Assembly (NCBI RefSeq): GCF_000009045.1
Contig: NC_000964.3
Coordinates: 450,001 to 482,000 of the forward strand
DNA: 32,000 nt
Origin: Bacillus subtilis subsp. subtilis str. 168
Lineage (GTDB): Bacteria; Bacillota; Bacilli; Bacillales; Bacillaceae
Direction: 5' to 3'
The position numbers and the translations under genes were made by a program. The notes under the pieces were generated by a model that ran no database searches, was not told where the DNA came from, and worked only from the letters and a program-made list of their open reading frames with translations. Numbering within the stretch: the first letter of the stretch is position 1; each line of letters begins with the position of its first letter. Positions 1 to 7,810 of this stretch are shown piece after piece.

Positions 1-2
1 GG

Positions 3-1160
3 GTGATTGTAGGATCGGATATTCCAATGTTTTTAGGCGCAATGATTATGGGTCCGCTTGGCGGATACCTCATTAAACAGACTGATAAATTATTCAAGGA
101 TAAAGTCAAGCAAGGCTTTGAAATGCTGATCAACAACTTTACGGCAGGGATTGTCGGCGCGGCTTTAACGATTCTCGCGTTTTACGCCATCGGCCCGGTT
201 GTCTTGACGCTAAATAAATTGCTGGCGGCTGGTGTGGAAGTCATTGTACACGCTAATTTACTGCCGGTAGCCAGTGTTTTTGTAGAACCGGCGAAAGTGT
301 TGTTCCTTAACAACGCCATAAACCATGGAATCTTAAGCCCGATCGGAATCGAGCAAGCATCTCAAACAGGAAAATCAATTCTGTTTTTAGTAGAAGCAAA
401 CCCTGGACCGGGGCTCGGCATTTTGCTGGCCTACATGTTCTTTGGCAAAGGATCTTCAAAATCAACGGCTCCCGGTGCGGCGATCATCCATTTCTTCGGA
501 GGGATTCACGAGATTTACTTCCCGTACATTCTGATGAAACCGGCCCTGATTCTCGCAGCCATTGCCGGCGGAGCAAGCGGACTCTTAACATTTACGATCT
601 TTAATGCCGGACTTGTCGCGGCAGCGTCACCGGGAAGCATTATCGCATTGATGGCAATGACGCCAAGAGGAGGCTATTTCGGCGTATTGGCGGGTGTATT
701 GGTCGCTGCAGCTGTATCGTTCATCGTTTCAGCAGTGATCCTGAAATCCTCTAAAGCTAGTGAAGAAGACCTGGCTGCCGCAACAGAAAAAATGCAGTCC
801 ATGAAGGGGAAGAAAAGCCAAGCAGCAGCTGCTTTAGAGGCGGAACAAGCCAAAGCAGAAGAAGCGTCTGAGCTGTCTCCTGAAAGCGTGAACAAAATTA
901 TCTTTGCGTGTGATGCGGGAATGGGATCAAGTGCCATGGGGGCATCCATCTTAAGAAACAAAGTGAAAAAAGCGGAGCTTGACATCAGTGTGACCAACAC
1001 GGCCATTAACAATCTGCCAAGCGATGCGGATATTGTCATCACCCACAAAGATTTAACAGACCGCGCGAAAGCAAAGCTGCCGAACGCGACGCACATATCA
1101 GTGGATAACTTCTTAAACAGCCCGAAATACGACGAGCTGATTGAAAAGCTGAAAAAGTAA
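3..1160 (+). CDS. mtlA: PTS mannitol-specific EIICB component, C-terminal 385 aa (5'-truncated by window edge)
   Basis: The frame is open from the window edge to TAA 1158-1160. A polytopic hydrophobic EIIC segment is followed by an Ala/Glu-rich linker and an EIIB(Mtl) domain with the phospho-Cys motif IIFACDAGMGSS. mtlF and mtlD follow directly. Confidence 0.95.
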   Translation: MIVGSDIPMFLGAMIMGPLGGYLIKQTDKLFKDKVKQGFEMLINNFTAGIVGAALTILAFYAIGPVVLTLNKLLAAGVEVIVHANLLPVASVFVEPAKVLFLNNAINHGILSPIGIEQASQTGKSILFLVEANPGPGLGILLAYMFFGKGSSKSTAPGAAIIHFFGGIHEIYFPYILMKPALILAAIAGGASGLLTFTIFNAGLVAAASPGSIIALMAMTPRGGYFGVLAGVLVAAAVSFIVSAVILKSSKASEEDLAAATEKMQSMKGKKSQAAAALEAEQAKAEEASELSPESVNKIIFACDAGMGSSAMGASILRNKVKKAELDISVTNTAINNLPSDADIVITHKDLTDRAKAKLPNATHISVDNFLNSPKYDELIEKLKK

Positions 1161-1184
1161 TCTTATAGAAAGAGAGTGATTGTC

Positions 1185-1616
1185 ATGCAAGTACTCGCAA
1201 AGGAAAACATTAAACTCAATCAAACGGTATCATCAAAAGAAGAGGCTATCAAATTGGCAGGCCAGACGCTGATTGACAACGGCTACGTGACAGAGGATTA
1301 CATTAGCAAAATGTTTGAACGTGAAGAAACGTCTTCTACGTTTATGGGGAATTTCATTGCCATTCCACACGGCACAGAAGAAGCGAAAAGCGAGGTGCTT
1401 CACTCAGGAATTTCAATCATACAGATTCCAGAGGGCGTTGAGTACGGAGAAGGCAACACGGCAAAAGTGGTATTCGGCATTGCGGGTAAAAATAATGAGC
1501 ATTTAGACATTTTGTCTAACATCGCCATTATCTGTTCAGAAGAAGAAAACATTGAACGCCTGATCTCCGCTAAAAGCGAAGAAGATTTGATCGCCATTTT
1601 CAACGAGGTGAACTGA
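1185..1616 (+). CDS. mtlF: PTS mannitol-specific EIIA component
   Basis: The ORF-track frame is 1176-1616. I place the start at ATG 1185, with a purine-rich SD (AGAAAGAGAG) ending about 9 nt upstream, which gives 143 aa. EIIA(Mtl)-type phospho-His motif FIAIPHGT. Confidence 0.93.
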   Translation: MQVLAKENIKLNQTVSSKEEAIKLAGQTLIDNGYVTEDYISKMFEREETSSTFMGNFIAIPHGTEEAKSEVLHSGISIIQIPEGVEYGEGNTAKVVFGIAGKNNEHLDILSNIAIICSEEENIERLISAKSEEDLIAIFNEVN

Positions 1617-1617
1617 C

Positions 1618-2739
1618 ATGATCGCCTTACATTTCGGTGCGGGAAATATCGGGAGAGGATTTATCGGCGCGCTGCTTCACCACTCCGGCTATGATGTGGT
1701 GTTTGCGGATGTGAACGAAACGATGGTCAGCCTCCTCAATGAAAAAAAAGAATACACAGTGGAACTGGCGGAAGAGGGACGTTCATCGGAGATCATTGGC
1801 CCGGTGAGCGCTATTAACAGCGGCAGTCAGACCGAGGAGCTGTACCGGCTGATGAATGAGGCGGCGCTCATCACAACAGCTGTCGGCCCGAATGTGCTGA
1901 AGCTGATTGCCCCGTCTATCGCAGAAGGTTTAAGACGAAGAAATACTGCAAACACACTGAATATCATTGCCTGCGAAAATATGATTGGCGGAAGCAGCTT
2001 CTTAAAGAAAGAAATATACAGCCATTTAACGGAAGCAGAGCAGAAATCCGTCAGTGAAACGGTAGGTTTTCCGAATTCTGCCGTTGACCGGATCGTCCCG
2101 ATTCAGCATCATGAAGACCCGCTGAAAGTATCGGTTGAACCATTTTTCGAATGGGTCATTGATGAATCAGGCTTTAAAGGGAAAACACCAGTCATAAACG
2201 GCGCACTGTTTGTTGATGATTTAACGCCGTACATCGAACGGAAGCTGTTTACGGTCAATACCGGACACGCGGTCACAGCGTATGTCGGCTATCAGCGCGG
2301 ACTCAAAACGGTCAAAGAAGCAATTGATCATCCGGAAATCCGCCGTGTTGTTCATTCGGCGCTGCTTGAAACTGGTGACTATCTCGTCAAATCGTATGGC
2401 TTTAAGCAAACTGAACACGAACAATATATCAAAAAAATCATCGGTCGCTTTGAAAATCCTTTCATTTCGGACGATGTGACCCGCGTAGCGAGGTCACCTC
2501 TCAGAAAACTGGGAGAAAATGATAGACTTGTAGGCCCGGCAAAGAAAATAAAAGAACCGAATGCACTGGCTGAAGGAATTGCCGCAGCACTGCGCTTCGA
2601 TTTCACCGGTGACCCTGAAGCGGTTGAACTGCAAGCGCTGATCGAAGAAAAAGGATACAGCGGCGTACTTCAAGAGGTGTGCGGCATTCAGTCCCATGAA
2701 CCGTTGCACGCCATCATTTTAAAGAAACTTAATCAATAA
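1618..2739 (+). CDS. mtlD: mannitol-1-phosphate 5-dehydrogenase
   Basis: ATG 1618 lies one nt after the mtlF stop (TGAcATG), suggesting translational coupling. N-terminal Rossmann motif GAGNIGRGF. Long-chain mannitol dehydrogenase family, 373 aa. Confidence 0.95.
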   Translation: MIALHFGAGNIGRGFIGALLHHSGYDVVFADVNETMVSLLNEKKEYTVELAEEGRSSEIIGPVSAINSGSQTEELYRLMNEAALITTAVGPNVLKLIAPSIAEGLRRRNTANTLNIIACENMIGGSSFLKKEIYSHLTEAEQKSVSETVGFPNSAVDRIVPIQHHEDPLKVSVEPFFEWVIDESGFKGKTPVINGALFVDDLTPYIERKLFTVNTGHAVTAYVGYQRGLKTVKEAIDHPEIRRVVHSALLETGDYLVKSYGFKQTEHEQYIKKIIGRFENPFISDDVTRVARSPLRKLGENDRLVGPAKKIKEPNALAEGIAAALRFDFTGDPEAVELQALIEEKGYSGVLQEVCGIQSHEPLHAIILKKLNQ

Positions 2740-2746
2740 CCGACCA

Positions 2747-2776
2747 CCCGTGACACAATGTCACGGGCTTTTTTTA
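2747..2776 (+). terminator. Rho-independent terminator of the mtlAFD operon
   Basis: Perfect 9-bp stem: cccgtgaca (2747-2755) pairs with tgtcacggg (2759-2767), loop caa, followed by a run of 7 T (2769-2775). Confidence 0.85.
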
Positions 2777-2829
2777 CTATCTCGCAATCTAGTATAATAG
2801 AAAGCGCTTACGATAACAGGGGAAGGAGA

Positions 2830-3894
2830 ATGACGATGAAACAATTTGAGATTGCGGCAATACCGGGAGACGGAGTAGGAAAAGAGGTTGTAGCGGCTGC
2901 TGAGAAAGTGCTTCATACAGCGGCTGAGGTACACGGAGGTTTGTCATTCTCATTCACAGCTTTTCCATGGAGCTGTGATTATTACTTGGAGCACGGCAAA
3001 ATGATGCCCGAAGATGGAATACATACGCTTACTCAATTTGAAGCAGTTTTTTTGGGAGCTGTCGGAAATCCGAAGCTGGTTCCCGATCATATATCGTTAT
3101 GGGGGCTGCTGCTGAAAATCCGGAGGGAGCTTGAGCTTTCCATTAATATGAGACCCGCCAAACAAATGGCAGGCATTACGTCGCCGCTTCTGCATCCAAA
3201 TGATTTTGACTTCGTGGTGATTCGCGAGAACAGTGAAGGTGAATACAGTGAAGTTGGCGGGCGCATTCACAGAGGCGATGATGAAATCGCCATCCAGAAT
3301 GCCGTGTTTACGAGAAAAGCGACAGAACGTGTCATGCGCTTTGCCTTCGAATTGGCGAAAAAACGGCGCAGCCATGTGACAAGCGCCACAAAGTCTAACG
3401 GCATTTATCACGCGATGCCGTTTTGGGATGAAGTCTTTCAGCAGACAGCCGCTGATTATAGCGGAATCGAAACATCATCTCAGCATATTGATGCGCTGGC
3501 CGCTTTTTTTGTGACGCGTCCGGAAACGTTTGATGTCATTGTGGCGAGCAACTTGTTCGGTGATATTTTAACCGACATCAGCTCAAGCCTGATGGGAAGC
3601 ATCGGCATTGCGCCTTCTGCGAACATCAATCCATCCGGCAAATATCCGTCCATGTTTGAACCGGTTCACGGCTCAGCTCCTGACATTGCCGGACAGGGCC
3701 TTGCCAATCCGATCGGCCAGATTTGGACAGCGAAGCTGATGCTCGACCACTTCGGAGAGGAAGAATTGGGGGCGAAAATTCTGGATGTAATGGAGCAAGT
3801 GACTGCCGACGGCATCAAAACACGCGACATTGGGGGACAAAGCACAACGGCTGAGGTCACTGATGAAATCTGTTCGCGCTTAAGAAAGCTCTGA
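2830..3894 (+). CDS. ycsA: tartrate dehydrogenase/decarboxylase-like enzyme (isocitrate/isopropylmalate dehydrogenase superfamily)
   Basis: Motifs IPGDGVGKEV, NLFGDILTD and HGSAPDIAG. The ORF-track 5' extension from 2758 runs through the mtlD terminator and is rejected. The start is ATG 2830 or ATG 2836; AAGGAG at 2823-2828 is better spaced for 2836. Confidence 0.88.
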   Translation: MTMKQFEIAAIPGDGVGKEVVAAAEKVLHTAAEVHGGLSFSFTAFPWSCDYYLEHGKMMPEDGIHTLTQFEAVFLGAVGNPKLVPDHISLWGLLLKIRRELELSINMRPAKQMAGITSPLLHPNDFDFVVIRENSEGEYSEVGGRIHRGDDEIAIQNAVFTRKATERVMRFAFELAKKRRSHVTSATKSNGIYHAMPFWDEVFQQTAADYSGIETSSQHIDALAAFFVTRPETFDVIVASNLFGDILTDISSSLMGSIGIAPSANINPSGKYPSMFEPVHGSAPDIAGQGLANPIGQIWTAKLMLDHFGEEELGAKILDVMEQVTADGIKTRDIGGQSTTAEVTDEICSRLRKL

Positions 3895-3899
3895 TGAAT

Positions 3900-3930
3900 C
3901 AGGCCGGTGGCAGATGGCTGCCCCGGCCTG
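3900..3930 (+). terminator. GC-rich hairpin after ycsA (possible terminator with a weak U-tract)
   Basis: caggccgg (3900-3907) pairs with ccggcctg (3923-3930). An inner ggcag/ctgcc stem adds to it. The sequence after the hairpin is only tccatttcc, so the T-run is poor. Confidence 0.4.
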
Positions 3931-4028
3931 TCCATTTCCTTACGAAAATTTCCACGAAAGTCTAACCAAGCAGATCCAAATGCTGTATAATAATTTGGAA
4001 TTCTTAGGAAAGCATCGGGTGAAGGAAG

Positions 4029-4592
4029 TTGAATGCAAAAACAATCACGTTAAAGAAAAAAAGAAAAATCAAAACGATCGTTGTACTCAGTATCATTATG
4101 ATCGCAGCTCTCATTTTTACGATCAGATTGGTGTTTTACAAGCCTTTTCTTATTGAAGGATCATCAATGGCCCCAACGCTTAAAGACTCAGAAAGAATTC
4201 TGGTTGATAAAGCAGTCAAATGGACTGGCGGGTTTCACAGAGGAGACATCATAGTCATTCATGACAAAAAGAGCGGCCGCTCATTTGTCAAACGTTTAAT
4301 CGGTTTGCCTGGTGACAGCATTAAAATGAAAAATGATCAGCTATACATAAATGATAAAAAGGTGGAAGAACCATACTTAAAGGAATATAAACAGGAGGTC
4401 AAAGAGTCGGGTGTAACCTTAACAGGTGACTTCGAAGTTGAGGTTCCTTCCGGTAAATATTTTGTGATGGGAGATAACCGTCTCAATTCACTGGATAGCA
4501 GAAACGGAATGGGCATGCCTTCTGAGGACGATATCATCGGTACTGAATCTCTCGTCTTTTATCCATTCGGTGAGATGAGACAGGCAAAATAA
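4029..4592 (+). CDS. sipU: type I signal peptidase
   Basis: TTG start, 187 aa. N-terminal membrane anchor, catalytic Ser box GSSMAPTL, Lys box VKRLIGLPGD and GDNRLNSLDSR box. Confidence 0.92.
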   Translation: MNAKTITLKKKRKIKTIVVLSIIMIAALIFTIRLVFYKPFLIEGSSMAPTLKDSERILVDKAVKWTGGFHRGDIIVIHDKKSGRSFVKRLIGLPGDSIKMKNDQLYINDKKVEEPYLKEYKQEVKESGVTLTGDFEVEVPSGKYFVMGDNRLNSLDSRNGMGMPSEDDIIGTESLVFYPFGEMRQAK

Positions 4593-4651
4593 AATGCAAT
4601 GCAAAAAGAACATGGAACATGACGGCACCGATAATAAAGCGCCGTGCACGT

Positions 4652-5260
4652 TTAAAAAAATGATGATGAAACGGTGCGGAGCCGGCTTTCCGCCCCGTTT
4701 TTTATGATAGAAAGCGTTTTGAAGAAAAGGGCCCTGTTGAAATAAACAGAATCAGGATTGGCGAAGCCGTGAAGCGCATCGAATTGGTAAATCTCAAGAT
4801 GGGTATGCTGTTTTTCCCGCAGTTTTTTGATAAGAAGCGCTACGTCAAACGACGGCTCATAATTAGGGAAAAACAATAGGACCGGGCAGGCTGGCATGTG
4901 ATGAAGAGAGTCGCGTATCCGGGAACCGTAATAACAAACCGATCCGCTCACCTCAGGCATACTGCTGCATTTCCATGCGATAGTAGCCCCCACGCTGAAT
5001 CCAATCACAAAGATGTGCCGTCCGGCGTTTTGCCTGATCACATTCTGGATGATGGTTTCTCCCGTTTTCAGCCTTTCGTGTTTTGTAAATTGTTCGTATG
5101 CCGTTTTTTCTTCTTTCAGTGTGTAGACTTCATCCTCGCCGAGCAGGTTGGGCGTCAACACATCATATCCAGCCATTTTGATCAGCCGGCCCATCTTTTT
5201 CATATGGCTGTTTACACCATATATTTCGTGTGCGAGAATGACAAGCGGTTTTGGGAACAT
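4652..5260 (-). CDS. yczH: dienelactone hydrolase-family alpha/beta hydrolase
   Basis: Nucleophile elbow GFSVGAT and an alpha/beta-hydrolase layout. The ORF-track start is 5287. I prefer ATG 5260 (MFPKPLVIL...) because AAAGGAGG lies 5 nt upstream of it on the minus strand, whereas 5287 has only a weak AGGA 4 nt upstream. The gene symbol is recalled from B. subtilis gene order, not verified. Confidence 0.8.
   Translation of the reverse strand: MFPKPLVILAHEIYGVNSHMKKMGRLIKMAGYDVLTPNLLGEDEVYTLKEEKTAYEQFTKHERLKTGETIIQNVIRQNAGRHIFVIGFSVGATIAWKCSSMPEVSGSVCYYGSRIRDSLHHMPACPVLLFFPNYEPSFDVALLIKKLREKQHTHLEIYQFDALHGFANPDSVYFNRALFFKTLSIIKNGAESRLRTVSSSFF
4671..4704 (+). terminator. Rho-independent terminator of sipU, embedded in the 3' end of convergent yczH
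   Basis: acggtgcgga (4671-4680) pairs with tccgccccgt (4689-4698) with one mismatch. The loop is gccggctt and the T-run is 4698-4703. Confidence 0.75.
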
Positions 5261-5345
5261 AACGGCCTCCTTTTGTGTTTTTTCCATTATATCCTATCGT
5301 TTCACTTTAGGCTGAGATATAATGGTCAAAAAAAGGAGATATAAA

Positions 5346-5738
5346 ATGAACTCATTATCTTTGCCTCACCGCTATCCATTTTTGTTTATTGATGGCGTGA
5401 CGGATAGCGAGCCCGGCAAACATGCGGCAGCTTATAAGCTGATTAGTGAGAACGACTGGTTTATCACTGATACGCAAACAGAAATGCCGTTTTCACTTGT
5501 GATTGAAGCGCTTGCGCAAACCGCGGCTTTTACAGGAATTACAGATGAGAACAGCTTGGGATTATTGTCTTCGGTGAAGAAAGCGGAAAAGCTGGGAGAA
5601 GCTGTGCCTGGTGACCGGCTTGATCTTACGTTTGAAGTCACGCGCAATCGGCGCGGGTTTGTGTTCGGACATGCCAAGGCATCAGTTGGAGAGCAGCCTG
5701 TTGCTGAAGCTGAAATCGGCATCTATATTGAAAAATGA
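5346..5738 (+). CDS. ycsD: hot-dog fold FabZ/FabA-like (3R)-hydroxyacyl-ACP dehydratase homolog
   Basis: Start placed at ATG 5346, with GGAG at 5335-5338 and 7-nt spacing, giving 130 aa; the ORF track starts at 5322. Contains the LPHRYPFLFID motif typical of FabZ. Confidence 0.88.
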   Translation: MNSLSLPHRYPFLFIDGVTDSEPGKHAAAYKLISENDWFITDTQTEMPFSLVIEALAQTAAFTGITDENSLGLLSSVKKAEKLGEAVPGDRLDLTFEVTRNRRGFVFGHAKASVGEQPVAEAEIGIYIEK

Positions 5739-5744
5739 AAAAAA

Positions 5745-5775
5745 CCCTTCACAACATTTTGTGAGGGGTTCTATT
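5745..5775. terminator. bidirectional Rho-independent terminator shared by ycsD (+) and the small minus-strand ORF
   Basis: cccttcacaa (5745-5754) pairs with ttgtgagggg (5759-5768), including one G-U pair, loop catt. T-rich sequence follows on the + strand and a run of 7 T follows on the minus strand. Confidence 0.8.
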
Positions 5776-5935
5776 TTGTGTCGTAATCCCGTTCGCTTTG
5801 AGAGTTATCTCTTTGCTGGCGTTTGTGTTTTTCATCATTCATATTTTCCTTCAGCTCTTCATTAGGAATCGGATCGGTTAAGTCGTTGTGCTCGGGGTTT
5901 TCATTTGGTTTGTTTTGCTGTTTTTTTTCTGTCAT
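5771..5935 (-). CDS. yczO: small hydrophilic protein, 54 aa (MTEKKQQNKPNENPEHNDLTDPIPNEELKENMNDEKHKRQQRDNSQSERDYDTK)
   Basis: Not in the ORF track because it is under 60 aa. I translated it by hand. The minus strand reads GGTGAGGTGATCAAACATG, so a near-consensus SD sits 7-8 nt before ATG 5935. The stop TAG at 5773-5771 is followed immediately by the bidirectional terminator. The gene symbol is recalled from 168 gene order and is tentative. Confidence 0.6.
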   Translation of the reverse strand: MTEKKQQNKPNENPEHNDLTDPIPNEELKENMNDEKHKRQQRDNSQSERDYDTK

Positions 5936-6067
5936 GTTTGATCACCTCACCGTTTGTTTTCCTCTTATTCATTCTCCTCAAACATAGGAAATCGCTTTTT
6001 TGTCCCGCTGGGTATAATGTATTAGAATAGAGAGAAGCACAACAAAAAGATAAAGAGAGGTACATAT

Positions 6068-6817
6068 ATGTCTGTTCAAAGAGAAGATGTAGATATCAAG
6101 CTGATCGCAATTGATATGGATGGTACACTGCTGAACGACGAGCAGCTGATCTCGGATGAAAACCGCAAAGCCATTCGTGAAGCGGAGGATAAAGGTGTGT
6201 ATGTGGTGATCAGCACGGGCCGGACGCTGATGACGTGCAGGGAGCTGGCGGAATCGCTAAAGCTGTCATCCTTTCTAATCACGGCAAACGGCAGTGAAAT
6301 TTGGGATTCGAATTTTAATTTGGTGGAACGGAAGCTGCTTCATACGGACCATATTCAAATGATGTGGGATTTGCGGAATAAGCACAACACTAATTTCTGG
6401 GCTTCTACGGTGAATAAAGTATGGAGAGGCGAGTTTCCGGAAAACATTACGGATCATGAATGGCTCAAATTCGGCTTTGACATCGAGGATGACGATATCC
6501 GAAACGAAGTGCTTGAGGAGCTGAGAAAAAACAAAGAGCTCGAAATCACAAATTCAAGTCCGACAAACATTGAAGTCAACGCGCTTGGCATCAACAAAGC
6601 TGCAGCCCTTGCCAAGGTTACGGAAAAACTCGGCTTTACAATGGAGAATGTGATGGCGATGGGCGACAGCCTTAATGACATTGCGATGATCAAAGAAGCG
6701 GGTCTTGGCGTCGCAATGGGCAATGCGCAAGACATCGTAAAAGAAACGGCTGATTATATCACGGATACAAATATTGAGGATGGTGTCGCTAAAGCGATTC
6801 GCCATTGGGTACTATAA
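6068..6817 (+). CDS. ycsE: HAD-IIB (Cof-type) sugar-phosphate phosphatase; in B. subtilis a 5-amino-6-(5-phospho-D-ribitylamino)uracil phosphatase
   Basis: HAD motif I DMDGTLL and motif IV GDSLNDIAM. SD AAAGAGAGG lies 7 nt before ATG 6068. 249 aa. Confidence 0.92.
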   Translation: MSVQREDVDIKLIAIDMDGTLLNDEQLISDENRKAIREAEDKGVYVVISTGRTLMTCRELAESLKLSSFLITANGSEIWDSNFNLVERKLLHTDHIQMMWDLRNKHNTNFWASTVNKVWRGEFPENITDHEWLKFGFDIEDDDIRNEVLEELRKNKELEITNSSPTNIEVNALGINKAAALAKVTEKLGFTMENVMAMGDSLNDIAMIKEAGLGVAMGNAQDIVKETADYITDTNIEDGVAKAIRHWVL

Positions 6818-6820
6818 AAA

Positions 6821-6851
6821 AAGAGAGTCCTAAGATGGACTCTCTTTTTTA
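6821..6851 (+). terminator. Rho-independent terminator of ycsE
   Basis: Perfect 10-bp stem: aagagagtcc (6821-6830) pairs with ggactctctt (6837-6846), followed by a T-run to 6850. Confidence 0.85.
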
Positions 6852-6901
6852 GTTTGGCAGGTTTTATTCTGGGACCATGGTAGGTTTTCTGACAAAAGTA
6901 T

Positions 6902-6930
6902 TTCACAAACTGATATGATTCACTTATAAT
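6902..6930 (+). promoter_or_regulatory. candidate SigA promoter of the pxpA(ycsF)-kip operon
   Basis: TTCACA (6902-6907), a 17-nt spacer, then TATAAT (6925-6930). It sits 93 nt upstream of the pxpA start. Confidence 0.6.
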
Positions 6931-6944
6931 GAAATAAAGTTCAA

Positions 6945-6970
6945 AAATTCGGAATAGTCGTTCCGAATTT
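6945..6970. promoter_or_regulatory. perfect 10-bp inverted repeat (candidate operator, possibly for KipR) just downstream of the -10
   Basis: aaattcggaa (6945-6954), spacer tagtcg, ttccgaattt (6961-6970). The repeat starts about 15 nt after the TATAAT. No T-run follows, so it is not a terminator. Confidence 0.45.
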
Positions 6971-7022
6971 CGGGACAATAAATGACATAAAGCATATCGT
7001 TTGCTTTGGCAGGAGGGATTCT

Positions 7023-7796
7023 GTGTTTCAGATTGATTTAAACTGTGATTTAGGAGAAAGCTTCGGAGCCTACAAGATAGGCCTTGACCAAGATATTTTA
7101 GAGTATGTGACATCAGCGAATATCGCATGCGGATTTCATGCAGGAGATCCTAGTGTTATGCGAAAAACCGTCGCGCTTGCAGCAGAAAGAGGCGTGAAAA
7201 TGGGTGCGCATCCGGGCTTGCCGGATTTACTCGGTTTTGGGCGCCGCAATATGGCGATTTCTCCTGAGGAAGCGTATGATCTTGTCGTTTATCAAATTGG
7301 CGCGCTCTCTGGCTTTCTAAAAGCAGAGGGACTTCACATGCAGCACGTCAAGCCGCATGGCGCTTTATACAATATGGCGGCAGTCGATCAAAAACTGTCG
7401 GATGCTATCGCGAAAGCTGTCTATAAGGTTGATCCCGGCCTGATTCTTTTCGGTCTTGCTGAGAGCGAGCTTGTAAAAGCGGGAGAACGGATCGGACTTC
7501 AGACCGCAAATGAAGTGTTCGCCGACAGAACATACCAATCGGACGGCACGCTGACACCGCGCTCCCAGCCGGACGCACTCATTGAAAGTGATGATGCCGC
7601 CGTCACCCAGGTCATCAAAATGGTGAAAGAAGGGGCGGTCAAATCTCAGCAAGGACATGATGTGTCATTAAAAGCAGATACAGTCTGCATTCATGGAGAT
7701 GGAGCCCATGCGCTGACATTTGCGCAAAAAATCAGAAAACAGCTCAAAGCGGCTGGAATTGAAGTGACAGCTATTTCAGAACAGAGGTCAACATAA
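7023..7796 (+). CDS. pxpA: 5-oxoprolinase subunit A (LamB/YcsF family)
   Basis: GTG start with AGGAGGG at 7011-7017. Motifs DLNCDLGE and [10 protein letters not shown]. 257 aa. Confidence 0.92.
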   Translation: MFQIDLNCDLGESFGAYKIGLDQDILEYVTSANIACGFHAGDPSVMRKTVALAAERGVKMGAHPGLPDLLGFGRRNMAISPEEAYDLVVYQIGALSGFLKAEGLHMQHVKPHGALYNMAAVDQKLSDAIAKAVYKVDPGLILFGLAESELVKAGERIGLQTANEVFADRTYQSDGTLTPRSQPDALIESDDAAVTQVIKMVKEGAVKSQQGHDVSLKADTVCIHGDGAHALTFAQKIRKQLKAAGIEVTAISEQRST

Positions 7797-7810
7797 AGGA
7801 GGAACAATAG

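Noticed and set aside
674-1096. A 140-aa minus-strand ORF inside mtlA, and the similar antisense ORFs listed inside mtlF, mtlD, ycsA, sipU, ycsE, pxpA, ycsG, ycsI, kipI, kipA, kipR, lipC, pbpC, ycsN, mtlR, ydaB, ydaC, ydaD, ydaE, ydaF, ydaG, amj, ydzA, lrpC, topB, ydaK and ydaL.
   Set aside because: They are shadow frames of well-supported genes. They have no Shine-Dalgarno sequence and no recognisable family. Their composition is low-complexity, rich in Ser, Arg and Pro or Ser and Phe, as expected from reverse translation of coding DNA.
2772-2798. A TATAAT at 2793-2798 as a ycsA promoter.
   Set aside because: The only -35 candidate is TTTTAC with a 15-nt spacer, and it lies inside the mtlD terminator T-run. 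This is too weak to call, and ycsA may be read through or use a different sigma factor.
2758-2829. The N-terminal extension of ycsA given in the ORF track (MSRAFFTISQSSIIESAYDNRGRR...).
   Set aside because: The extension starts inside the mtlD terminator hairpin and T-run. A good SD (AAGGAG at 2823-2828) precedes the internal ATGs at 2830 and 2836.
3914-4156. An 80-aa plus-strand ORF spanning the ycsA-sipU spacer and the sipU 5' end.
   Set aside because: It begins inside the ycsA terminator hairpin, has no SD and is out of frame with the clearly recognisable signal peptidase.
4898-5344. A 148-aa plus-strand ORF antisense to yczH.
   Set aside because: It is fully contained in the yczH frame on the opposite strand, has no SD and has atypical composition. 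The yczH frame has an alpha/beta-hydrolase signature.
6890-6907. A TnrA-box-like sequence, TGACA-N8-TCACA, overlapping the pxpA -35 element.
   Set aside because: The consensus as I recall it is TGTNA-N7-TNACA. Here the spacer is one nt too long and the left arm deviates. The operon is reported to be nitrogen-regulated, but I cannot support this exact site.
6754-7128. A 124-aa minus-strand ORF spanning the ycsE-pxpA intergenic region.
   Set aside because: It crosses the ycsE terminator, the pxpA promoter and the inverted repeat, and it overlaps both flanking CDS ends. It has no SD and no family resemblance.
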